NCBI GenBank assembly: GCA_964351495.1
Contig: CAYGOC010000006.1
Span: 19,365 to 83,364, forward strand
From: an uncultured bacterium
GTDB lineage: Bacteria > Chlamydiota > Chlamydiia > Chlamydiales > SM23-39
Length of the DNA stretch: 64,000 bases
Direction of reading: 5' to 3'
Position 1 is the stretch's first letter. Every line of letters starts with the position of its first letter. Below the pieces are notes generated by a model, which saw only the letters and a list, made by a program, of their open reading frames with translations, had not been told where the DNA came from and ran no database searches. Positions 1 through 8,430 of the stretch are shown here, piece by piece. The translations under genes were made by a program, and so were the position numbers.

Positions 1-2
1 TT

Positions 3-1955
3 TCTCAAAAAGGAAAACTCCCCCCTGAATATGCAGAAAGAAGAATCATTTCGGCAAAAGAAGAGCTTTTTTTTATGCAGTATGAAATCGAAAAGCTTCG
101 TCCTTTCTTAGTGCATGTAGACCCCCACCTGCAAAAACCAAAAGAGCTCTATTTTAGAGCGCATTTTTTGCAGATAAAAAAAAGAAAAAACAAGCCTGTT
201 TTATTTGCAGGAATAACGCTTTTTACAGAGGTAGGGGAGGCCTCTTTAGTAGAAGTTTGGGAAGCTTTACAAAAGAAGAAAAAGATTCTTTTTTCTAAAG
301 CAGGAGCTTTATTTTTAGATCAAATGCGGTTTCAGTGGCTGAAAAGCTGGGGAAAAAGAAAGGTTCTTGTTAAAGAAAATCTGGTTAAATTTAGTTTAAT
401 TGAGTGGATTCGCCTTAGTATTTTAGAAGAGATCTATCCCCCGGAAGAGGAAACAGAAGCGGCCAAGAAAACCAAGTTTCTTTTACAAAAGCTTTTTGAA
501 ATGGATACCAAAAGGCTTTTAGATATTAGTAGGCTAGGATCTTCTTTAAGGCCGTACCAGGAGATAGGACTTCAGTGGCTCTGGCACCTTTACTGTCATG
601 GTCTTGCCGGCATTTTATGTGACGATATGGGTCTTGGGAAAACTCACCAGGCGATGGCTCTTTTAGCTGCTTCTTTTCAGGAAAACAACCTTCATAAGTA
701 TTTGATTGTGTGTCCCACTTCTGTAATTTATCATTGGCAAGATCTTTTAAAAAGATATTTGCCGAGTTTGAAAGTGCTAACCTACCATGGAGCTAGCCGT
801 TCTTTAGAAGGGTTTCCTAAAGAGTATGATGTTTTGGTCACCTCTTATGGTATTTTGCGCACGGGAAAAGAAAACTTTAAAGGATACCCCTTTGAAATTG
901 CGATATTTGATGAGATTCAGTTTGCAAAAAATATAAAGTCGCAAACCCATCGCAATCTCATTAATATAGAATCGAATATGAAACTGGGCCTTACAGGGAC
1001 CCCTATTGAAAATAGGATAAAAGAGTTAAAGGCTCTTTTTGATATTGTTTTACCCAATTATTTGCCTTCTTCTTCTGCTTTTCGGGATATGTTTGAAATC
1101 CCTATAGAAAAGCATAAAGATAGAGAAAAAAGAGAGCTTTTAACAAAACTCATTAAGCCCTTTATTTTAAGAAGAAAAAAAGAAGAAGTTCTTTTAGATC
1201 TTCCTCAAAAAATTGAACAGATTGTTTTTTGCGATCTTTCAGAGGAACAAAAAAGATTATATCAAGAGCTTTTAGAAAAAAGAAGAGAGCATATTTTAGC
1301 ACTCTTACAGGAAAAAACCCACCAAGTGCCTGTTGTTCCTATCTTTTCTTTGCTCTCTCAAATAAAACAGCTTTGTGACCATCCAAGTGTTTTATTAAAA
1401 ACAGTAAAAGAGTATGAAACGCATACCTCAGGTAAGTGGGAGGTTTTTGAAGAGCTTATCGAAGAGGCTTTAGATTCAGATCAGAAGGTGGTTATTTTTT
1501 CTCAATATTTGGATATGATTGAGATTTTTAAAAAATTTTTCCGAAAAAAAAAGGTCGGGTTTTCCGCTCTTACGGGGAGTACCAAAGATAGAAAAGAGCA
1601 AATACAAAAGTTTCATCAAGACCCTTCTTGTCGTGTTTTTTTAGCTTCTTTACTTGCTGCTGGAGTAGGGATTGATCTTTCCGCTGCCTCCATTGTAATT
1701 CACTATGATAGGTGGTGGAATGCAGCAAAAGAGGACCAAGCAACTGATAGGGTGCATAGGATTGGGCAAAGAAGGGGTGTTCAGGTTTTTAAACTGGTCA
1801 CCAAAGACACAATAGAAGAGTCTATCAGTGAGCTAATCCATAAAAAAAGAGCCCTTTTAGAGTCAACCGTAGGGAAAGACGATATGGATCAAATCAAGCT
1901 TCTTACCAGAGAGGAGTTAATAGCCCTTTTCCAAAAAGAAAAGGGGCTGGGTTAG
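3..1955 (+). CDS. SNF2-family DNA/RNA helicase, 5'-partial (reading frame is open to the left window edge)
   Basis: Motifs [10 protein letters not shown] (I), FDEIQFAKN (II), [13 protein letters not shown] (III), [11 protein letters not shown] (VI). No stop codon lies between nt 3 and the first ATG at 75, so the N-terminus probably lies outside the window. Confidence 0.85.
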   Translation, partial: SQKGKLPPEYAERRIISAKEELFFMQYEIEKLRPFLVHVDPHLQKPKELYFRAHFLQIKKRKNKPVLFAGITLFTEVGEASLVEVWEALQKKKKILFSKAGALFLDQMRFQWLKSWGKRKVLVKENLVKFSLIEWIRLSILEEIYPPEEETEAAKKTKFLLQKLFEMDTKRLLDISRLGSSLRPYQEIGLQWLWHLYCHGLAGILCDDMGLGKTHQAMALLAASFQENNLHKYLIVCPTSVIYHWQDLLKRYLPSLKVLTYHGASRSLEGFPKEYDVLVTSYGILRTGKENFKGYPFEIAIFDEIQFAKNIKSQTHRNLINIESNMKLGLTGTPIENRIKELKALFDIVLPNYLPSSSAFRDMFEIPIEKHKDREKRELLTKLIKPFILRRKKEEVLLDLPQKIEQIVFCDLSEEQKRLYQELLEKRREHILALLQEKTHQVPVVPIFSLLSQIKQLCDHPSVLLKTVKEYETHTSGKWEVFEELIEEALDSDQKVVIFSQYLDMIEIFKKFFRKKKVGFSALTGSTKDRKEQIQKFHQDPSCRVFLASLLAAGVGIDLSAASIVIHYDRWWNAAKEDQATDRVHRIGQRRGVQVFKLVTKDTIEESISELIHKKRALLESTVGKDDMDQIKLLTREELIALFQKEKGLG

Positions 1956-1957
1956 TC

Positions 1958-2992
1958 TTATTCCTCAGATTGGGAATTGTTTGCAAACGTATCTACTGCA
2001 AACGAAACCAGGTCTTTTTTCTCCAATACATGGATGCTAATTTCTCGTATTTTAGTAGAAGAATTATCTTGTAAAAAGTGAAAAATAGCAGAGGTAAAAA
2101 TAGGGCTCGCTTTATCTAGCGGGAAGCCAAAAATTCCCGTGCTTATGCAGGGAAATATCACTCTAGTTACGTCTTCTATTTTGTTTGCTACTTCTAAGGC
2201 GTTGTAGTAGCAGTTATAGAGTTTTTGTTCCTCTTCAGATGTTACCACGCTTCTAGATTCAATATTAGGACCTGAAACGACAATTACCTTTTCTACATTA
2301 TGAAAGTCTTTTAAATCCCCACTAGGGATGGAGATGGCCCACCCTTCCGGATAACCTCCTTGTAAAAGGGTTTTCTCTATATCAGGGTTAGATTGCAGAT
2401 AAGGAAGAATAGCTCTATGAGCTTCTTTGTACTTTTCCCCTCCATGTTGTTGGATAAGGCCATCAATGCCTCCTCCTCCTTGTAGATGTCTATTAGCGGC
2501 ATTTATAAGCACTTGTTTTTCCCCCCTTTCAAGAGGAGCTTTGCAAGCGTGAAACATATCTTGCGCTTTTATAGAAACGGAAGTAGCCGTTTCTATGCTT
2601 CCATATTGAAATAGCAAAGAAGAGGGGGATCTTTTTTCTTCGTAAGTAAGTCCCTGTATTGGTGCATATTGATGACTCTCTGTTTTTAAACAAGAATCAG
2701 AAAGAGGAGAGGTATTTATTTTGTTATCTGGGTTAGATGGTTTTTCCGGTTTTTTTTGAGTAAGGTTCGTTTTCTTCTCTAATGTAGAAGTGCTTTTACG
2801 ATTGTAAGCCTGAAAAAGATAAAAAAAGAGAGCCCCGATTCCTAAAAGGATTATAGGAATAGCAATTGCTTTTATTTGGGCATGGGTAAAACGAGAGGAT
2901 GCGCTACCTTTAATAGAAGGTTTTGGCATGGGAGGGATTTTCCCCAAAAAGCTTTCAGGTGGAACTCTTCCCATATTATTGGTTAGACGCAT
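1958..2992 (-). CDS. Membrane-anchored macro-domain (ADP-ribose binding/hydrolase-like) protein
   Basis: Single N-terminal TM helix (IKAIAIPIILLGIGALFFYLF). The C-terminal half has macro-domain signatures: LINAANRHLQGGGGIDGLI, VVSGPN, IFPCISTGIFGFP. Confidence 0.7.
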   Translation of the reverse strand: MRLTNNMGRVPPESFLGKIPPMPKPSIKGSASSRFTHAQIKAIAIPIILLGIGALFFYLFQAYNRKSTSTLEKKTNLTQKKPEKPSNPDNKINTSPLSDSCLKTESHQYAPIQGLTYEEKRSPSSLLFQYGSIETATSVSIKAQDMFHACKAPLERGEKQVLINAANRHLQGGGGIDGLIQQHGGEKYKEAHRAILPYLQSNPDIEKTLLQGGYPEGWAISIPSGDLKDFHNVEKVIVVSGPNIESRSVVTSEEEQKLYNCYYNALEVANKIEDVTRVIFPCISTGIFGFPLDKASPIFTSAIFHFLQDNSSTKIREISIHVLEKKDLVSFAVDTFANNSQSEE

Positions 2993-3166
2993 ATATGCTC
3001 CTTTTTAAATAAAGGAGTTATTATAAACTAATTCATTAATTTTTTTGCACGTTTTTAATTATATTAAAGAATTTTTTTATAAACAAAAATATTTAGTATA
3101 AAAATACGATTGTCTATATATTTAATCCCCTTTCCCGTAGAATATTCTTTATTTGTAGAAGACCAT

Positions 3167-4486
3167 ATGACATTACCTAAAATTGTTATCGTAGGAAGGC
3201 CCAATGTGGGCAAATCCTCTCTTTTTAACCGTATCTTGCAAAGAAAAGCTGCCATTGTAGCTGATAAAGAAGGGGTTACAAGAGACCGCCTTTGTCAGAA
3301 GGGAACCTTTCGAGATAAACCCTTTTTTTTAATCGATACAGGGGGGTTAGAGTCTTCTGAAATCCCTTTTGCTAAAGAGCTGAAAAAACAGGCGGACATC
3401 GCTTTAAAAGAAGCCGACATTATTTTTTTGGTGGTGGACGGAACCTCTGGAATCACCCTTTTTGATGAAAGGATTACCGATAAGATCCGGAAAATGAAAA
3501 AGCCGATCTACTTGATTGTAAATAAAGCAGATACTACCGAAAAAGAAAAAAATATGGGCTTTTTATTTCACTCTTTGGGAATAGAAAAAACTTTTTTTGT
3601 ATCCTGCCTTCATAACCGAAATGTAGAACTTTTGATGGAAGAAGTAACGCAAGATTTTGTGGAAGAGGAAGTAGATGATAGTAGAGTAAAGGTTGCCATA
3701 GTGGGAAGACCTAACGTAGGAAAATCAACGCTTCTAAATGCCCTTTTACAACAAGATAGGGTAATTGTAAGTCATGAAATGGGGACAACGAGAGATGCTG
3801 TAGATGAGGTTTTTGAAAGAGAAGGAAAACAGTACCTTTTTATCGACACGGCGGGAATTCGAAAACGAAATAAAGAAAAAGAGGTAGAAGAGCTTTTTTC
3901 TTATATACAAGCAGAAAAAGCGATAGAAAGAGCCGACATTTGTCTTCTTTTGTTAGATAGCAAAGAGGGAATGACAGTGGAAGAAAAAAGGCTTTTTCAA
4001 AGAATTGAAGATAAGGGAAAAGGGTGTATTTTACTGTTTAACAAGTGGGATTTGATAAAAGGGTTTCAGATGGAGCATTCTTTGCAAGGAATACAAAGGG
4101 AAGCTCCTTTTGCAAAGTTTCTGCCCTCATTATTTATCTCCGCAAAAAACAAAAGAAATATAGAGGAGATTTTTCCTTTAATAGACACCGTGCATGCCAA
4201 TTTGACTAAAGAGATTTCTACTCCTTCTTTAAATCAGTTTTTAGAAAAACAGCTTCAAAATGTCTCGCCTCCGATGATTCAAGGAAAGCGGTTTAAGATT
4301 TTCTATGCCTCTCAAGCAGGGAAAAAACCGCCTCAGTTTATCATCTTTGCCAATAAAGCTTCTCTTTTGGCAGGTTCTTATAAAAGGTATTTAATTCATC
4401 AAATTAGAAAAGAATATGACTTTATGGGATGTCCTATTCGATTTTATGTAAAAGGGAAAAAACAAAGACCCGAAGCTATAAAATAG
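3167..4486 (+). CDS. der: Ribosome-associated GTPase Der/EngA
   Basis: Two tandem GTPase domains (GRPNVGKSSLFN...DTGG...NKAD and GRPNVGKSTLLN...DTAG...NKWD) plus a KH-like tail. Start moved to ATG 3167 (MTLPKIVIVG); the 19-codon upstream extension looks non-coding. Confidence 0.9.
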   Translation: MTLPKIVIVGRPNVGKSSLFNRILQRKAAIVADKEGVTRDRLCQKGTFRDKPFFLIDTGGLESSEIPFAKELKKQADIALKEADIIFLVVDGTSGITLFDERITDKIRKMKKPIYLIVNKADTTEKEKNMGFLFHSLGIEKTFFVSCLHNRNVELLMEEVTQDFVEEEVDDSRVKVAIVGRPNVGKSTLLNALLQQDRVIVSHEMGTTRDAVDEVFEREGKQYLFIDTAGIRKRNKEKEVEELFSYIQAEKAIERADICLLLLDSKEGMTVEEKRLFQRIEDKGKGCILLFNKWDLIKGFQMEHSLQGIQREAPFAKFLPSLFISAKNKRNIEEIFPLIDTVHANLTKEISTPSLNQFLEKQLQNVSPPMIQGKRFKIFYASQAGKKPPQFIIFANKASLLAGSYKRYLIHQIRKEYDFMGCPIRFYVKGKKQRPEAIK

Positions 4487-4509
4487 CCTTTTGAGCTATT
4501 TTGTAGAGT

Positions 4510-6237
4510 ATGAGTAAGTTTTCCCAAAATAGACCGCGGTTTTTCCCTTTTTTATCAGAAAAGTATCACCTTAGCTTTTTCCCAAAAGATCTCATGAGTG
4601 GTTTCTCTGTAGCTCTTTTAGCAATTCCGCAAGCGATAGCCTACTCTTTTTTGGCAGGGATTCCTCTTTCTATGGGGATTTTTTCTACTATTTTTGCAAC
4701 CATTATTGCCTCTGTTTTTTGTGGAAACCCTTTTTTAATTTCAGGTCCTTCTACCAGTATGGCCATACTTATGCAGGGGGCTATTTTACAGATTACAGAG
4801 CTGTATGTTCCTTCTCTTTCTGTAGAAGAAAAGAGCTCCTTTATCTTTTTAGTGCTTGCCCAGATGGGGGTTTTAATAGGGTTTTTACAGCTTCTTCTCT
4901 CTTTTTGTAATATTTCCAAAGTGTTGCAGTTTGTCAGCAAGCCTGTGATTTTTGGCTATTTTTTAGGGGTAGCTATTGCCATTATCGTAGATCAGAGTTT
5001 TGCTATATTTGGGATTTATATTCCTGAGAAAGATTTTACGATTTTACAGAAGATTTTTTATTTTTTTACCCACATTATGGAAGTGCAGGCAGCTCCCTTT
5101 TTTATGGGAGTTTTAAGCCTTACTATTTTACTCAGTTTAAAGAAGACCCGGCTCCCTTCTGCTTTGGTAATGCTATTTGTAGCAGTTATGTTTAAAAAGC
5201 TTCTTTTTTCTTTTACAAAAGCAGAACTATTAACTTTCCAGCAAAATCTGATTTTTAGATTTCCCACATTTTCTTTTCCGAAAGTAGAGCTTTTTTGGCT
5301 AGATAAGCTTATCTTTCCTGCTAGTGCTATTGCTTTGATGAGTATTTTAGAAGTATCTGCCGTTTCTAAAACAGTAGAGGGGAAAAAAGAGACGGTAGGG
5401 GTAAATCAGGAAGTATTTGGAGTAGGCCTTGCTAATAGCTTTCTCTCTTTTTTCGCGGGAGCGCTTCCTTCTTCTGCCAGCATTTCTAGAACTACCGTAA
5501 ACTTTATGAGCGGTGCCAAAAGTAGGCTATCTGGAGTCTTTAGTGGACTTTTTGTTGCGGGAGTTTTTTATTTAGGGACAGCTTGGCTTTCTTTAATACC
5601 GATGGCTTCTATAGCGGCTCTTTTGATTTTTTCTTCTTTTTATTTTCTAGATAAAAGGCAGGTAAATCTTTGTTTAAAAGCTACGAAAGAAGATGCATTT
5701 GTATTTTTGATAACGGTCTTTTCCTGTTTTGTATTTTCTTTAGACACTGCTTTTTTCATAGGAATTGGTGTGTCTATTGTTTCTTATTTAAGAAAGGCTT
5801 CGGAGCCCAGTTATGTAGAGTATGTTTTTAACAGATCAGGCCATCTGAATACTCTTCAGGTAGGAGAAGATTTACACAGAAAGGTGCGTATCATTGGAAT
5901 AGGAGGGGAGCTTTTTTTCGCTGTTGTAGACTCTTTAGAAGAGACTCTTCGACGTATGGGAAAAGATCCTCATACCAAAGTAATTATTTTGCGTATGAAT
6001 GGAGTGAGAAACATGGATGCTTCTATGTGTCTTGCTTTTTTAAGAATTAACGATTACCTCTTAAGTCAAAATAAGAAACTGATGGTAAGTGGGATCTCTC
6101 CTTCTGTTTGGAAGGTTTTTTCTTCTTCCTCTTTATTAGAAAAAATGGGAGTGGAAAATTTCTTTTTGGCAGATGAAGGAAGGCCTCAGCTTTCTACTTG
6201 GAAAGCGTGTTTGAGAGCTCAGGAGATGGTGGGGTAA
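4510..6237 (+). CDS. SulP-family anion (sulfate/bicarbonate) permease with C-terminal STAS domain
   Basis: About 10-12 hydrophobic helices, a LAIPQAIAYSFLAG-type N-terminal motif, and a C-terminal soluble STAS-like region (IIGIGGELFFAVVDSLEE...ILRMNGVRNMDAS). Confidence 0.8.
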   Translation: MSKFSQNRPRFFPFLSEKYHLSFFPKDLMSGFSVALLAIPQAIAYSFLAGIPLSMGIFSTIFATIIASVFCGNPFLISGPSTSMAILMQGAILQITELYVPSLSVEEKSSFIFLVLAQMGVLIGFLQLLLSFCNISKVLQFVSKPVIFGYFLGVAIAIIVDQSFAIFGIYIPEKDFTILQKIFYFFTHIMEVQAAPFFMGVLSLTILLSLKKTRLPSALVMLFVAVMFKKLLFSFTKAELLTFQQNLIFRFPTFSFPKVELFWLDKLIFPASAIALMSILEVSAVSKTVEGKKETVGVNQEVFGVGLANSFLSFFAGALPSSASISRTTVNFMSGAKSRLSGVFSGLFVAGVFYLGTAWLSLIPMASIAALLIFSSFYFLDKRQVNLCLKATKEDAFVFLITVFSCFVFSLDTAFFIGIGVSIVSYLRKASEPSYVEYVFNRSGHLNTLQVGEDLHRKVRIIGIGGELFFAVVDSLEETLRRMGKDPHTKVIILRMNGVRNMDASMCLAFLRINDYLLSQNKKLMVSGISPSVWKVFSSSSLLEKMGVENFFLADEGRPQLSTWKACLRAQEMVG

Positions 6238-6640
6238 ACCGTTCTATTTTCGCAAGCCTTTTATGGAAGAAAGCGGGATCATATTTATACCCTCCTTGCT
6301 CTTCTGCAAGCGTTGGGTAGATCCACTTTTCGTTGTTTTCTCGTAAAAGGCGATCACATCCCATAACAAAGCCTTTTAAAAATCCATATCGTTGGATAGC
6401 CAGTTCCATATATTTAGAGCTAGTAGGACGAAAATTACTTCTAGCACCTGTCGTAGGAGAGAGATAGTTTTGGTAAAAGTGGATTATGCCACCTGCTGTT
6501 TTGGCTGCCAAAGAGCTCTTTTTTTCTTTTTTGGGAGAGACTACTCTTAGGTTCGCATCTTTTCCCCAAGGGGTATGAAACCCTTTTTCTGCAAAGCTGC
6601 AGGTGAAAAATAAGAAGAAGAAAACAACTTTAAAAACCAT
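6194..6640 (-). CDS. YidD-like (membrane protein insertion efficiency factor family) protein, extended form
   Basis: Core IHFYQNYLSPTTGARSNFRPTSSKYMELAIQRYGFLKGFVMGCDRLLRE matches the YidD pattern (YQxxxSPxxxxxCRFxPxCSxY...G...G). It has an extra signal-like N-terminus and a C-terminal tail. Its 3' end overlaps the SulP 3' end by 44 nt (convergent). Confidence 0.6.
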   Translation of the reverse strand: MVFKVVFFFLFFTCSFAEKGFHTPWGKDANLRVVSPKKEKKSSLAAKTAGGIIHFYQNYLSPTTGARSNFRPTSSKYMELAIQRYGFLKGFVMGCDRLLRENNEKWIYPTLAEEQGGYKYDPAFFHKRLAKIERFTPPSPELSNTLSK

Positions 6641-7571
6641 ATTCTAGCATCAAAACAGGAAATAGCTTCCTTTCGTTCATAATAGGAGTTGCTTGTTTTT
6701 CGTAAAGTCTTTCGTTGTAGAATTTTGCTTCTTCTCCTGCTCCATAAATTCCTCCGAAGTACCATCCCATCTCAAAGCTTGTAGTGATGATAGCTGCCGC
6801 TAAAGGACCTTTGGTAAAAAAATAGTAGGAGGCATAGATAAAAAGACCATTTAAAATAAAGGCTGTAGTAGCAGTTTTTTTCATACCCAAATAATAGTAG
6901 CCGGCACCCGGCAAAAGGGCGTTTAGTCCTTGCGCTTTAGAAACGGATTTTTTGTGAGCTTGGTAGCTTTGTAAAAGGGGAGGAAGGTATCTATCATAAG
7001 GAGCCTCTTTGGAAAGTTCTTCTAATTTAGGGATATTTCCATGAAGTAAAGAAGAAGAGATTTTGAGCTTTTCTCCTTTTTCAGGATCTTTTTTTTGGAT
7101 AAGATTGAAAATACACTCTGCCTTTTCTGTTTCATTCAGCTCTATGTACGATTCATACAGGAAAATCAAAAGATCCTGGTATGCAGGAAAGCTTGCATCA
7201 ATATGAGGCAAGTTAGATTTTTCAAAGTGGGCGATGACCTCTTCGTGTTTTTTCCCAAGATAGTAACAAAAGCAGATTAGGTAGTTAATTTGAAGGGCTC
7301 TCTCTTCGTTTTCTACTAAAACAAGCGCCCTTTTAAAAGTAGAAACAGCTCTATAAAGATCGAGCTGTTTGGCAAAATTGAGTCCAATTCGATACTCCTT
7401 CCCCCAGTCACTATGCTTCTCCTCATAAGAGAGAGGGTCAAAGGGAGAGGAAAGAGAAAGTAGGTAGGATTCTTCAATTTGGGGATTTACCCTTGGTTCT
7501 ATATTGTCAGAGACCCTATAGCAAGAGCTAAAGCACACAAGAGATAGGGCTAAAAATGCTTTTAGGTTCAT
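6630..7571 (-). CDS. TPR-like lipoprotein with C-terminal membrane helices
   Basis: Lipoprotein-type signal (LALSLVCFSSC), helical-repeat middle region, and C-terminal LPGAGYYYLG plus two hydrophobic helices. Overlaps the yidD-like start by 11 nt, so the two are probably co-transcribed. Confidence 0.55.
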   Translation of the reverse strand: MNLKAFLALSLVCFSSCYRVSDNIEPRVNPQIEESYLLSLSSPFDPLSYEEKHSDWGKEYRIGLNFAKQLDLYRAVSTFKRALVLVENEERALQINYLICFCYYLGKKHEEVIAHFEKSNLPHIDASFPAYQDLLIFLYESYIELNETEKAECIFNLIQKKDPEKGEKLKISSSLLHGNIPKLEELSKEAPYDRYLPPLLQSYQAHKKSVSKAQGLNALLPGAGYYYLGMKKTATTAFILNGLFIYASYYFFTKGPLAAAIITTSFEMGWYFGGIYGAGEEAKFYNERLYEKQATPIMNERKLFPVLMLEYGF

Positions 7572-7740
7572 AGGTTAGAGTCACCGTCCATGGTTTATGT
7601 TAGATAGGGAAGAAGAATTCGTCAAGGGTGAGGTTTGCTTAGTTTTTGAAGTTTTTATAACGCTTTCTAGATAAGTGGTTTATAGATTTTTCGGTAAAAA
7701 ATAAAGTTAATTATTAAAAAAAATAACTTTAATAAAGTCA

Positions 7741-7769
7741 TTGACTTTTTGTGGTTTTTATGATATAAT
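7741..7769 (+). promoter_or_regulatory. Near-consensus sigma70-type promoter (TTGACT-17 nt-TATAAT)
   Basis: TTGACT at 7741-7746, a 17-nt spacer, and TATAAT at 7764-7769. It lies 39 nt upstream of the ATG at 7808. Confidence 0.6.
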
Positions 7770-7807
7770 TATTTTGATTCTAATAATTATAATATGTGAG
7801 GTTAATA

Positions 7808-8125
7808 ATGAATATTAGTTCTATGAGGTTTTTAAAAACCACTGCCAAGTCAGAGCTTGATGCCCAAATAAATGCTATAGGTAGACGTGAAGGTAGTCCT
7901 ATAGAAACGCTTCGTGAGCAAAAAAGGGCTATTATAAATAGTGTTTTTCAAAATGCAATTGGGAGCATTTTCTATAGAAGACTTACTTCAGGCAGGCTTT
8001 CCGGTAGAATAACAAAGCCCGTAATTAATACAGCTTTAGGTATTTATATAAATCATAAATTTGAAAAAAGAATAGCCACTATGGAAGCTGCAAGAATAGC
8101 AGGTGCAGAAAGTCCTAGAAATTAA
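7808..8125 (+). CDS. Small hypothetical protein (105 aa)
   Basis: ATG 7808 is preceded by GAGG (7798-7801), and there is a consensus promoter just upstream. I recognise no motif. Confidence 0.45.
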   Translation: MNISSMRFLKTTAKSELDAQINAIGRREGSPIETLREQKRAIINSVFQNAIGSIFYRRLTSGRLSGRITKPVINTALGIYINHKFEKRIATMEAARIAGAESPRN

Positions 8126-8430
8126 AGGTAGGCTTTCCAAAAAAACCTCAGATCGCAACACCAAAGCGGCTAGATTCCAGAAAAACTGAGCTTAAAAATA
8201 CGATTTCTCTTCAAATTAGAATAGATCGAAACAGCCTCTGATATACAAATTCCCCGTTTTGGCTTTAAGCATTTTTGTATGCAGATCCATGTCAAGATAG
8301 CTTTGTAACATGCTTATAATGAATTTTATATGAAAGCATAAAAAAGTATTTATAAAAATATTTTTAATAGTTAATTTAAATTTATAAAATTGTTAAAATA
8401 TTCCTCGATTTTAAATAGGAAGATTTAGTT

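Noticed and set aside
3064-3255. 63-aa minus-strand ORF, and the 19-codon N-terminal extension of der (start 3110).
   Set aside because: The region is the AT-rich der leader. Der begins naturally at MTLPKIVIVGRPNVGKS (ATG 3167), and the minus-strand ORF overlaps the der P-loop region antisense. The same logic was applied to the N-terminal extensions of dapB (58012), rluB-like (58788), lptB (55928), the EspA-like gene (26150) and MORN member 4 (53386).
6194-6237. 44-nt convergent overlap of the SulP and yidD-like 3' ends, and a 12-nt convergent overlap of the 206-aa ORF with ndk (47750-47761), as possible antisense regulation.
   Set aside because: Short 3'-3' overlaps are common in compact genomes. 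No hairpin or other regulatory structure is visible in the overlaps, so there is no evidence of function.
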